Shown here: in pieces, positions 37,901 to 48,042 of the stretch | Layout of the letters: each line of letters begins with the position of its first letter | Position numbering within the stretch: position 1 is the stretch's first letter | Source of the DNA: Scyliorhinus canicula | Taxonomy: Eukaryota | Assembly: GCF_902713615.1 (NCBI RefSeq) | Contig: NC_052172.1 | Location: forward strand, 12,752,185 to 12,816,184 | Direction: 5' to 3' | DNA: 64,000 bases | Notes under the pieces: generated by a model | What the model was told of the DNA's origin: nothing | Database searches by the model: none | What the model saw: only the letters and a program-made list of their open reading frames with translations | Program-made: the position numbers and the translations under genes

Positions 37901-40900
37901 GCGCCTGTTCGGGTACACAGAGGGAGAATTCAGAATGTCCAATTCACCCAACAAGCACGTCTTTTGGGACTTGTGGGAGGAAACCGGAGCGCCCGGAGGA
38001 AACCCTCGCAGCCACGTGGAGAACGTGCGGACTCCGCACAGACAGTGACCCAAGCCGGGAATCGAACCAGAGTCCCTGGCGCTGTGAAGCAACAGTGCTA
38101 ACCATTGTGCTAATCGCGATTCTCATTCCGAGTCCATCAACTACTTGTTATTTTTCAGGGAAAAAAATTGTATTTGTACAGCATCTTTGATGAGGAAAAC
38201 ATTCAGCGTTACGAAAGAATATTTGATACCAGACCACAGCAGATATTGCTGACTGATGGACACTTGAAACACCATAGTTTGCAAGGATATGGACCAAGTG
38301 CTGGGTAGGTGGCTGATGGCTGGCGCAGCCTCGATGGGCTGAATGGCCTCTTTCTGTACTGTAGATGTTTGTGACTATGGGGCATGGCTCTTAAAGCAGG
38401 AGGAGGAAAGTGAGGCAGAAAAGCAGAGAGGTGGAGGGAAAGATTTGTAGGGACGTGATGTGCTGTGGCACGGCAGCACAATGGTTGGCACTGCTGTCTC
38501 AGTGCCAGGGACCCGAGTTCGATTGCGGACTTGGGTGACCGTCTATGTGGAGGTTGCACATTCTCCCCGTGTCTACGCGGGTTCCCTCCCGGAGCTCCGG
38601 TTTCCTCCCGCAGTCCAAGACGTGCAGGTTAGGTGAATTGGCCGTGCTAACTGCCGCTTAAGTGTCCAAAAATGTGCAGGTTGATGGAACCATCAATTCA
38701 CCAGACACGCGTTTCCGATGTGAATCTAGGCTTTAATCGACTTACTTCAGAGTCAGCCTGTTACCTGTCGATGAACTCTTAGTGAACTCAGGCTGACTCT
38801 AGACATGGGTATTTATACAACTGCACTAGGGGGAGGAGTCGTGGGCGGAGCCAAGGGTGGAGCCCAGTACAAGTTCCTGGGTGCTCCCAGTGCTACTCCC
38901 CCTAGTGGTAGGATAGCGCTACTGCGCTGACAAAGACAGTGTGAATTAACATATATACATCCATTACATTCACCACACAGGTTAAGTGGGGTTACAGGGA
39001 TAGGGACTGCAAGTGGGCCGAGATAGGACGCTCTTTCAGAGGGTCGGTGCAGACTCGATGGGCTGAATGGCCTCTTTCCGCACTGGAGGGATTCCATGGA
39101 CCAGGTGATAAAGACACAGTCACCAATCCGGCGAGATTCAAATCGGGAGCTCGGAATTAGACGAGTATAAAGATTGAAGGGTGTTGAGGGGCTGGAGGGG
39201 AGAATCTTTAAAATCAAGAGCGTTGCCAACCAGGTGCCAATGTAAATCAGCGACGACAGGACTTGGCAAGGGCACTGGCGGTAGAGTTCGCTGGCTGGCC
39301 CCAGCAGGCGCTCCCCATCCCTAACCGGCCCTAAACAGAATGGCTCGCCACACCACTTCAGAGGGCAGTTACCGCTGTGGGTATGGAGTCACATGTAGGC
39401 CAGGTGGGGCAAGGATGGCAGATTTCCATCCCTACAAGGGGCCAGATATGTTCGTGCAACCATCAACAATGGGTGGGGTCACCGTAACCGAGAGTAACTT
39501 CCAATTCCAGATTCCGTGGTGGGATTTGAACACGCGTTCCCCCCCCCCCCCCCCCCCCCCCACCCCCGCCCCCGCCCCTACCAAGGACAGCAGCCTGGTC
39601 CATTGTGCCGAGGGAGCGCCGGAGCACAGCACTGAGGGAACGTTGGAGTGCCAGGGGGGTCATCTTTCAGATTGACTTGTTGACCCAATGGAAGTCTTTT
39701 TTAAATTCCCTTTTCTCTTTTTAAAAATAAATTTAGATTTTATTTTTTCCAATTAAGGGGAAATTTAGCGTGGCCAATCCACCTGCCCTGCACATCTTTG
39801 GGTTGTGGGGGCGAAACCCACGCAGACACGGGGGAGAACGTGCAAACTCCACACGGACAGCGACCCAGAGCCGGGATCGAACCTGGGACCTCGGCGCCGT
39901 GAGGCAGCTGTGCTAACCCACTGCGCCACCGTGCTGCCCACCTTTTTAAAATTCCATGGCATTATTTGGAAGAGCAACGTGGGAGTTCTCCCCAGCGTCC
40001 TGGCCAACATTTAACCCTCAAATCAAGCAACAGGCAGGCCCAGGTGATCAACTGAAGATGGGTCATTTTGTGATGAGGAAGAGGGGAGCCAGAAACACAA
40101 ACAGGCTCGGATCACACAACTGAATCTGCTGGAGAGAGCTGCACAGGAGAGTCCCACGGCAGGACAAAGCAATGCTGATGTGAGCTGGATGCAGAGCTCC
40201 AGGGCCTCTGGCGAACACCCATAAGATATGGAAATCAGAAACAAAACATTATAAAGATGATTTCTTGAGGTATGGCTTTGTTAATTGTGCCAATGCAAAT
40301 CAGGATGCAAAGTCCCGTGTGTTTTATATGCAGGGATGTCCGAGCAGATGAAAGATTAAAACCCTCAAAACTTCAAAGACATTTGAAGACTGAAGTATGG
40401 CGAGTTCTTGATTTTTTTTCAAACGATGCAGCGCAAACTTAAATCATCAGCTGAAGTCCTTGGCAGAAATGTAACATTAAATGATAAAGCAAGCGAGATT
40501 GGGAGAACTGAGCAGGCTCACCGGTCGCATTAAAGATGAGCAATAAGTGTGGGCTGCGTCGTCCGGCATGGGGGCCACGATGGTCAGCCTCTTGGCCAAA
40601 GTGCTACATAAATGCAAGTTGTTGTTGGCATCCAACAGGTCATGGCAACCTCCAATTCAATTGAGCCAATTGGCTAAAAACGGAGCTTCCCCCACGGAGA
40701 GATTTTGGGGGCGAAGGAGAGAGAATTCTTATCAACAAAGTTGCATTTCTAGTCGTAGAATCCCTACCGTGCAGGAGGCCATTTGGCCTATCGAGTCTGC
40801 AACGACCCTCTGATGGAGCACCCGACCGAGACCCACGCCCCCACCCGATTCTGTAACCCAGTAACCCCACCCATCCTTTTATACACTGTGGGTAATTTAT

Positions 40901-43167
40901 CATGGTCAATCCCCCTGACCTGTACATCTTTGGGCTGTGGGAGGAAACCGGAGTACCCGGAGGAAACCCACGCACACACGGGGAGAACATGCAGACTCCG
41001 TACAGACGGTGACCCAAGGCTGGAATTGGACCTGGTTATTGTGAGGCAACAGTGCTAACCACCGCGCGACCCCCCCCTCCCTCCCTCCATCTGCCCACCC
41101 CCCCCTCCCTCCATCTGCCCACCCCCCCCTCCCTCCCTCCATCCATCTGCCCACCCCCCCTCCCTCCCTCCATCTGCCCACCCCTCCCTCCCTCCATCTG
41201 CCCACCCTCCCTCCATCTGACCACCCCCTCCCTCCTCCCCCCTCCCTCTGCCCGCCCCCCCTCCCTCTGCCGCCCCCCCCTCCCTCTGCCCACCCCCCCT
41301 CCCTCCCTCCAGCTGCCCACCCTCCCTCCATCTGACCACCCCCTCCCTCTGCCGCCCCCCCCCTCCCTCTGCCGCCCCCCCTCCCGCCACATACCTCCCT
41401 CCCTCCACCCACCTCCCTCCCTCCACCCACCTCCCTCCCTCCCTCCGCCCCCTCCGTCCACCCCCACCCCCCTCCTCCCTCCCTCTCGGTCTGTCTGTCT
41501 GCCCCCTCCTCCCTCCCTCTCGGTCTGTCTGTCTGCCCCCTCCTCCCTCCCTCTCGGTCTGTCTGTCTGCCCCCTCCTCCCTCCCTCTCGGTCTGTCTGT
41601 CTGCCCCCTCCTCCCTCCCTCTCTGTCTGTCTGTCTGCCCCCTCCTCCCTCCCTCTCTGTCTGTCTGTCTGCCCCCTCCTCCCTCCCTCTCTGTCTGTGT
41701 CTGCCCTCTCCTCCCTCCCTCTCTGTCTGTCTGTCTGCCCCCTCCTCCCTCCCTCCCTGTCTGTCTGTCTGCCCCCTCCTCCCTCCCTGTCTGTCTGTCT
41801 GCCCCCTCCTCCCTCCCTGTCTGTCTGTCTGTCCCCTCCTCCCTCCCTCTCTGTCTGTCTGTCTGCCCCCTCCTCCCTCCCTGTCTGTCTGTCTGTCTGC
41901 CCCCTCCTCCCTCCCTCTCTGTCTGTCTGTCTGCCCCCTCCTGCCTCCCTCTCTGTCTGTCTGTCTGCCCCCTCCTCCCTCCCTCTCTGTCTGTCTGTCT
42001 GCCCCCTCCTCCCTCCCTCTCTGTCTGTCTGTCTGCCCCCTCCTCCCTCCCTCTCTGTCTGTCTGCCCCCTCCTCCCTCCCTCTCTGTCTGTCTGTCTGC
42101 CCCCTCCTCCCTCCCTCTCTGTCTGTCTGTCTGCCCCCTCCTCCCTCCCTCTCTGTCTGTCTGTCTGCCCCCTCCTCCCTCCCTCTCTGTCTGTCTGTCT
42201 GCCCCCTCCTCCCTCCCTCTCTGTCTGTCTGTCTGCCCCCTCCTCCCTCCCTCTCTGTCTGTCTGTCTGTCCCCTCCTCCCTCCCTCTCTGTCTGTCTGT
42301 CTGCCCCCTCCTCCCTCCCTCTCTGTCTGTCTGTCTGCCCCCTCCTCCCTCCCTCTGTCTGTCTGTCTGCCCCCTCCACCCTCTCTGTCTGTCTGTCTGC
42401 CCCCTCCACCCTCTCTGTCTGTCTGCCCCCTCCACCCTCCCTCTCTGTCTGTCTGCCTGCCCCCTCCACCCTCCCTCTCTGTCTGTCTGCCTGCCCCCGC
42501 CACCCTCCCTCTCTGTCTGTCTGCCTGCCCCCTCCACCCTCCCTCTCTGTCTGTCTGTCTGCCCCCTCCACCCTCCCTCTCTGTCTGTCTGCCTGCCCCC
42601 TCCTCCCTCCCTCTCTGTCTGTCTGTCTGCCCCCTCCTCCCTCCCTCTCTGTCTGTCTGTCTGTCTGCCCCCTCCACCCTCCCTCTCTGTCTGTCTGTCT
42701 GACCCCTCCACCCTCCCTCTCTGTCTGTCTGTCTGCCCCCTCCACCCTCCCTCTCTGTCTGTCTGTCTGCCCCCTCCTCCCTCCCTCTCTGTCTGTCTGT
42801 CTGCCCCCTCCTCCCTCCCTCTCTGTCTGTCTGTCTGCCCCCTCCACCCTCCCTCTGTCTGCCCCCTCCACCCTCCCTCTCTGTCTGTCTGTCTGTCCCC
42901 TCCACCCTCCCTCTCTGTCTGTCTGCCTGCCCCCTCCACCCTCCCTCTCTGTCTGTCTGCCTGCCCCCTCCACCCTTCCTCTCTGTCTGTCTGTCTGCCC
43001 CCTCCTCCCTCCCTCTCTGTCTGTCCCCTCCTCCCTCCCTCTCTGTCTGTCTGTCTGTCTGTCTGTCCCCTCCACCCTCCCTCTCTGTCTGTCTGCCTGC
43101 CTGCCCCCTCCACCCTCCCTCTCTGTCTGTCTGCCCCCTCCACCCTCCGTCTGTCTGCCCCCTCCAC

Positions 43168-43200
<33 letters not shown>

Positions 43201-43379
43201 GCCTGCCCCCTCGTCTGTCTGCCCCCTCGTCTGTCTGCCCCCTCGTCTGTCTGTCTGTCTGCCCTCTGTCTGCCGGTCCATCCATGTCCCTCACTATCTT
43301 TCTCTCGGCTTCTCTTACCTCCGGAGCCCAGGTTGAGTGCCGGCTGCAGGAGGAGCAGCGCAGAGATCAGCAGCCACAT
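13422..43379 (-). CDS. PRSS16: Thymus-specific serine protease (peptidase S28 family), complete 12-exon gene, 507 aa
   Basis: Exon lengths 61+188+100+130+124+78+48+270+142+180+146+57 = 1524 nt in one open frame, with GT-AG junctions in matching phases. Signal peptide [16 protein letters not shown]28 motifs [32 protein letters not shown] (Ser), [19 protein letters not shown] (Asp), GTAHC (His). FIGGEG rather than YTGNEG favours PRSS16 over DPP7/PRCP. Confidence 0.93.
13711..14615. repeat. 69-bp tandem repeat, ~13 copies, in PRSS16 intron 11
   Basis: Unit CTCCCTCTACACTGTCCCCATCAAACACTCCCAGGACAGGTACAGCACGGGGTTAGATACAGAGTAAAG; opposite-orientation copies at 13660-13696 and 24585-25020. Confidence 0.95.
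14968..15113 (-). CDS. PRSS16: PRSS16 exon 11, catalytic Asp and His ([10 protein letters not shown]...GTAHCANM...ARQ)
   Basis: Acceptor TCTAAAG; donor GTGAGA; 146 nt. Confidence 0.94.
17235..17560 (+). mobile_element. HE1/V-SINE-type tRNA SINE with CR1-like tail (representative of >15 copies, e.g. 897-1235, 46288-46615, 54706-55035, 58721-59076)
   Basis: A/B box head (TGGTTAGC..GGTTCGATTCC in family copies), central TGGGTTTCCTCCGGGTGCTCCGGTTTCCTCCC domain, tail GATGGGCCGAATGGCCT..TTCTATG shared with the CR1 3' ends. Confidence 0.9.
19490..19895 (-). mobile_element. CR1/HER1-like LINE ORF2 3' fragment (representative; others at ~230-845, 3100-3390, 17000-18040, 20780-21300, 22030-22400, 25860-28400, 31720-32680, 45860-48110, 57290-57640)
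   Basis: [51 protein letters not shown] signature. Confidence 0.9.
21762..21941 (-). CDS. PRSS16: PRSS16 exon 10 ([12 protein letters not shown]...[19 protein letters not shown])
   Basis: Acceptor TTTCCCCAG; donor GTAAGA; 180 nt. Confidence 0.94.
22483..22624 (-). CDS. PRSS16: PRSS16 exon 9 ([14 protein letters not shown]...[13 protein letters not shown])
   Basis: Acceptor TTTTCAG; donor GTAAGC; 142 nt. Confidence 0.94.
22790..23500. repeat. C-rich degenerate minisatellite in PRSS16 intron 8
   Basis: CCCTGCCCCCTCCCCCGGCCATCCCACC variants. Confidence 0.9.
23508..23777 (-). CDS. PRSS16: PRSS16 exon 8 ([10 protein letters not shown]...MGTVQYN...LTVLNK)
   Basis: Acceptor CCCGGCAG; donor GTAACT; 270 nt. 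Confidence 0.92.
24153..24200 (-). CDS. PRSS16: PRSS16 exon 7 ([16 protein letters not shown])
   Basis: Acceptor TTTTCTATCCTACAG; donor GTATGA; 48 nt. Confidence 0.92.
24227..24450 (+). mobile_element. Short poly(A)-tailed V-SINE derivative with long TSD (also 304-503, 15364-15590, 20449-20686, 21329-21553, 32972-33197 and others)
   Basis: Same head, shortened centre, tail CTTAATTGGAAAAA..AATTGGG..CTAAATTT-A(n); 14-17 bp TSDs. Confidence 0.88.
25141..25218 (-). CDS. PRSS16: PRSS16 exon 6 ([26 protein letters not shown])
   Basis: Acceptor TTTTCCAATAG; donor GTAAGA; 78 nt. Confidence 0.95.
27646..28289. mobile_element. Non-autonomous Tc1/mariner-pogo (Tigger-like) MITE, 644 bp, inserted in a CR1 fragment
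   Basis: TIRs CAGTAGTCCCCCTTTATA / TATAACGGGGGACTACTG; TA TSD at 27644-27645 and 28290-28291; internal long hairpins. Confidence 0.85.
29120..29243 (-). CDS. PRSS16: PRSS16 exon 5, catalytic Ser (LADLATF...[19 protein letters not shown])
   Basis: Acceptor TTTTCCGGATAG; donor GTAAGG; 124 nt. Confidence 0.95.
29930..31050 (+). mobile_element. Second CR1/L2-like LINE family 3' fragment with a nested SINE (also ~18670-19110, 25430-25850, 33330-33860, 49910-50360)
   Basis: Repeated TTLTWK..AGS.SWNSLP segment and a shared GGGCAATTAGGGATGGGCAATAAATGCTGG-like tail. Confidence 0.75.
31252..31381 (-). CDS. PRSS16: PRSS16 exon 4 ([25 protein letters not shown]...FLSSQQ)
   Basis: Acceptor TTTCTTCAG; donor GTAAGT; 130 nt. 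Confidence 0.94.
34637..34736 (-). CDS. PRSS16: PRSS16 exon 3 ([33 protein letters not shown])
   Basis: Acceptor CCACAG; donor GTATTT; 100 nt. Confidence 0.93.
35049..36490 (-). mobile_element. Solo LTR interrupted by the L1
   Basis: TG...CA termini; 5-bp TSD AGCTT (35044-35048, 36491-36495). Confidence 0.75.
35144..36173 (+). mobile_element. 5'-truncated L1-clade LINE (ORF2 C-terminus plus A tail) nested in a solo LTR
   Basis: ORF 35278-36048 with QFKVLHR and [14 protein letters not shown]; AATAAA and poly(A); 18-bp TSD AAGATGCAACACGATTTT (35126-35143, 36174-36191). Confidence 0.9.
36688..36875 (-). CDS. PRSS16: PRSS16 exon 2 (GRNMWLIK...[16 protein letters not shown])
   Basis: Acceptor TTTCTCCTGGTCAAG; donor GTGAGT; 188 nt. 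Confidence 0.92.
38682..38977 (-). mobile_element. Solo LTR (296 bp) inserted in a V-SINE
   Basis: TG...CA termini; 5-bp TSD CAGGT (38677-38681, 38978-38982). Confidence 0.8.
41070..43270. repeat. Pyrimidine-rich ~31-35 bp minisatellite in PRSS16 intron 1
   Basis: (CTGT)n-CTGCCCCCTCCTCCCTCCCTCT units. Confidence 0.95.
43319..43379 (-). CDS. PRSS16: PRSS16 exon 1 (signal peptide [20 protein letters not shown])
   Basis: ATG at 43379; donor GTAAGA; 61 nt, phase 1. Confidence 0.88.
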
Positions 43380-43428
43380 CCTCGCAGCAGCAGCAGGAGT
43401 CCCTCTGCCTAGGGCTGACTGACAGCTC

Positions 43429-43538
43429 GGTCACATGATTCAGCATCACATGACAGGCACGCGCAGAGGCCCCGCCCAGCCTCTCCTCCCATTGGCCGGG
43501 CCGCCTGTCCATATTCCCGCTTCCTCAATTCTGATTGG
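43429..43538 (-). promoter_or_regulatory. Putative PRSS16 proximal promoter
   Basis: Two TCATGTGA E/M-boxes (43431-43438, 43446-43453), GC box (43470-43477), CCAAT (43491-43495), ETS-like AGGAAG (43520-43525) and CCAATCAG (43531-43538), all within 160 bp of the ATG. Confidence 0.6.
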
Positions 43539-43599
43539 TGGCCTGTTGCTGGGCAGGTTGTTGACCCAGTGAAGCAGAATTGGATTTACCTGGAGCTTT

Positions 43600-44316
43600 T
43601 TAAAAAAAATAATTTTTATTGAAATTTTTACAAAATATAAACATCTTAACTCTATTAACAAACAACCGCGGTAACACCCCAAGAACAATACCCCCCCCAA
43701 CTTCAAGAGCAACTTCAAACAAAAGGAAAAAGAAAAAAAAACAAAAGATCACCCAAACAACAAAAGGGAAAGAGATAGCACCCGCCACATCCCTCAGACC
43801 CATGTACACAGTTCTTCCTCCCCCCAATCCAGACCCCCCATATGGGCGTGGTTCGCTGGGCTCCCCGAGCACCTAGCACACCTGTCCTCGCCCCCGAAAA
43901 ACCTACTCATCCTCGACCCAGTCATGTGGGCCCTATGCAGCACCTTGAACTGTATGAGGCTAAGCCTCGCACAGGAAGAGGAGGAATTCACTCTCTCCAG
44001 GGCATCCCCCCACGTCCCCTCCTCAATCTCATCACCCAGCTCCTCTTCCCATTTACCCTTCAGTTCCTCCACCGAGGCCTCGTCTACCTCCTGCATTACC
44101 CGGTATATGTCCGAAATCCTCCCTCCTCCGGCCCACACCCCCGAGAGCACACTGTCCCGTACCCCACGTGGGGGCAACAAGGGGAACCCCCCCCCCCCAT
44201 CTGCCGCCTGGCAAACGCCCTAACCTGCATGTACCGAAACATGTTCCCCGGGGGGAGCCCAAACTTCCCCTCTAACTCTCCCAAGCTCGCGAACCTCCCC
44301 TCCACAAACAGGTCCC
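43600..44316 (-). mobile_element. 5'-truncated, internally deleted L1 just upstream of PRSS16
   Basis: Same family as the 35144 copy; 15-bp TSD TTTACCTGGAGCTTT (43585-43599, 44317-44331). Confidence 0.88.
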
Positions 44317-47224
44317 TTTACCTGGAGCTTTGACCAACCAAAGAACATCTCACACCACCTCCTCGTCAATAAAATGCTTTTCAGCAGCAGCCACTGTCGT
44401 AATGTCGGAAACACCGCAGCCAATTTACGCGCAGGAAGCTCAACAATTGGATAATTGGGTGGATTGACCGTGCAAAATTTCCCGAATCGTTGGGTTACGG
44501 GGATAGGGTGGAGGTGTGGGCTTAGGTAGGGTGCTCTTTCCAAGGGCCGGTGCAGATTAGATGGGCTGAATGGCCTCCTTCTGCTCAGTAAATTCTATGA
44601 TTCTATGATAATGACCTGATTCTGAGGTGCTGGCCATGGGGCGAATGTTGTCCAGCACACTGGGCTGGGGGGAGGGGGGAACATCTCTGCTCCTCTTCAA
44701 AATAGTGTCATGGGATCTTTTACATCACCCCCCCCCCCCCTCCACCCCCACCACCCCCAATGAAGCCTCCAACAGCGCAGCGCTCCTTCAGATTAGCTAA
44801 TTCGGCTGGATGGCCGGTTGGTGATGCAGAGCGAGCCCCGTCTTCTTACCTTGCCCCTCGCCTGAGATGTGGTGACCCTCAGGTTAAATCACCACCAGCC
44901 AGCCCCCCCCCCCCCCCCCCAGCAAAAGGGGAAAGCAGCCTATGGTCATCTGGGACTATGGCGACTTTACTTCCTTATTTTACTCCTTCAGGTCGGCACT
45001 GGGGCATCAGCAGAGATGATCATGTTCAAGTCAAGGAGCAAGGGCTCGAGTATTGCTGCAAAAATACAATTTTGTTGAAGCTTTTCCTCCTGCACTGATT
45101 AGGTCAATCGCAGTAATACCAATGTCAGGAGAAAACAATAACTTAATAATAATTATCTTTATTAGTGTCACAAGTAGGCTTACATTAAAACTGCAATGAA
45201 GTTACTGTGAAAATTCCCGAGTCGCCACATTCCGGCGCCTGTTCGGGTACACAGAGGGAGAATTCAGAATGTCCAATTCACCTAACAAGCACGTCTTTCG
45301 GGACTTGTGGGAGGAAACCGGAGGAAACCCACGCAGACACGGGGAGAACGTGCATGCTCCGCACAGACACAAGCCGGGAATCGAACCCGGGTCTCTGGCG
45401 CTGTGAAGCGACTGTGCTAACCACTGTGCTACCTTGCCGGCTTCATGCTGTATGTGAAGACAGTTCTAATTGCTTGGCAAGTGGACTCTGATTGGTAAGG
45501 TCATCTCCATGACAACGGCTCTACCAATAGAGTCCACTTGTCCACCAATCAGCACTCTCTTCACACACAGTATAAAGTTGTTCCTTCCCTGACATTGATA
45601 TTCTTGCGATCATCCTGGTGAGTGCTAAATAAAAAGCTTCGACAAGGTGTCTTTTTTCAGCAACACTCAAGTTTTTCACTACCAGGACAAGCAAGGACTG
45701 TGTGACTCAGAGACTTCAGTGTTAAACCAAGGTTGACAAGGCTGTCAACTGGTTATCAAGTTAACGATTTAAAAGTGGTAGGAAAAAAGTGGTTAATTAC
45801 ACTTCATGATAACTAAACCAAAGAACACATGAATAAGAGGGAGTGCAACAGGGTCTAAGTGAAGTTTACAGTGCATGTTATGTAAATGCACAAAGGGTGC
45901 TAAGGGTGGTGAGCTGCAGATAACCACACAGACATCTGCTGTTGTGGTGATGCCCACACAAAATCGGACAGAACTGGGTACTACATATGGCTGGATAAAA
46001 GTTGTTAAGGAAAGTTAGGGAAGGATAAAAAGGGAGAGAGGTTGCAATATTGATTAAAGAGAATATTATAGTGCTGGAGAGAGAGGATGTCTTCGAAGGG
46101 CTGAGGACATAATTTGGTAAGAAACAATTGAGATACCGTTATACCGCTGGGGTGTATATTACAAATTACCAAAAAGTGCAAAAGATATGGAGGAACAAGT
46201 TTGCAAAGGAAATTCCAAAGACCATCGATCTTTTTTTAACACAGAGCCGATTTAACATTATCCACAATATTAGCAGCTAAAACTGACGGGCAGCACGGTA
46301 GCACAAGTGGATAGCACCGTGGCTTCACAGCACCAGGGTCCCAGGTTCGATTCCCGGCTGGGTCACTGTCTGTGCAGAGTCTGCACGTTCTCCCCGTGTG
46401 TGCGCGGGTTTCCTCCGGGAGCTCCGGTTTCCTCCCACAAGCCCCGAAAGACGTGCAGGTTAGGTGGATTGGCCATGCTAAATTGCCCTCAGTGTATAAA
46501 AAGGTTAGGAGGGGTTATTGGATTACGGGGATAGGGTGGAAGTGAGGGCTTAAGTGGGTCGGTGCAGACTCGATGGGCCGAATGGCCTCCTTCTGCACTG
46601 TATGTTCTATGTTCTAGAAACAGACCTAATTCGGTCTTGGATATATCCAATCACTGTAGTCACCTGTGAACTCGTTGGTCTGTCAGCAGGTCTAATGACG
46701 GAGTGAAGCCTTTCCCAGACTCAGAGGAGGTGAATGGCCTTGCCCCAGTGTGAACCCGCCGGTGTACAGTCTGACTGGATGATCATGTGAACCCGGTCCT
46801 GCAGAGACAGCACCCAAATGGTCGCTCATCAGTGCGAACACATTGATGAAACACCAATTCCTGGGCACCCCCAAACCACTTCCCAGTCTTTTCAAAAAAA
46901 ATAAATTTAGAGTACCAAATTCTTTTTTTCTAATGAAGGGGTGATTTAGCCTGGCCAGTTGACCTACGCTGCACAACGTTTTGGGTTGTGGGGGTGAGAC
47001 CCACGTGAGATACGGGGAGAATGTGCAAACTCCACACGGACAGTGACCCAGGGCCGGTATCGAACCCGGGTCCTTGGCGCTGTGAGACAGCAGTGCTAAC
47101 CACTGCGCCATCGTGCCGCCCCTTCAAAGACCATAGATTAATGATAATGGGGATGTAATCTTCCTGATGTAGACTGGAATGGGAATTATGTCGAGAGGAG
47201 AAAGAGTTTTTGAGGTGTGTCCAG

Positions 47225-48042
47225 TGTTATGGGTCAGGGATTAGAGAACCCCAAAGTGTATCATGCAGTTCACCTGACCCACAACTTTTACTAGATTGTG
47301 GTATGGGGAGCACACGGCCCACTCTACAGGTGTGGTACAGCAGAAATGGAAAATTATTTTTTAAAGCAAAACAATGTTTATTCTATGAACTCAAGTTAAC
47401 CTTTTTAAAACATACAGTGAACATCTTAGCAACCATCAATTCAAATACAACCCCCAAAGAATACAACACTAAGTAATCCTTAATAACTTCCCAAACAACA
47501 TCCAGAAGACAAAAGAAACACCTTTTAACAGAAGAACATTAGGTTTACATTCACGACTGAGAACATTTATAATTCTGAATTCACCAAATGATCAAGAGAT
47601 AGTCTTTTCATGGCAGAGAGATCAACAGTACACCAGCTCTGTCTGGCTTCAGCTCCAACACTGAAAACAAAACTAAAACACACCCTGCAGCAAACAGCCT
47701 AAAATGAAAGTAAAAAGCTAACAGACAGCCCAGCTCCACCCACACTCTGACATCACTGATAATACCCATTTCTTTTTTTTTTCTTTTATAAATTTAGAGT
47801 ACCCAATTCATTTTTTCCAATTAAGGGGCAATTTTAGCACAATCAATCCACCTAGCCTGCGCATCTTTGGGTTGTGGGGGCGAAACCCACGCAAACACGG
47901 GGAGAATGTGCAAACTCTACACGGACAGTGACCCAGAGCCAGGATCGAACCTGGGACCTCGGCGCCATGAGGCAGCAGTGCTACTCTCTGTGCCCACGTG
48001 CTGCCCAGAACACCCATTTCTTAAAGGTACTCTCACATGACA
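47225..48042. mobile_element. Solo LTR with a nested SINE, inside a degraded CR1 fragment
   Basis: TGTTATG...CATGACA termini; imperfect CCAG/TCAG TSD; SINE at ~47773-48006 flanked by ACCCATTTCTT. Confidence 0.65.

Noticed and set aside
40906-43412. 750-790 aa ORFs on both strands
   Set aside because: Low-complexity repeat lacking stops; only 43379-43319 is exonic.
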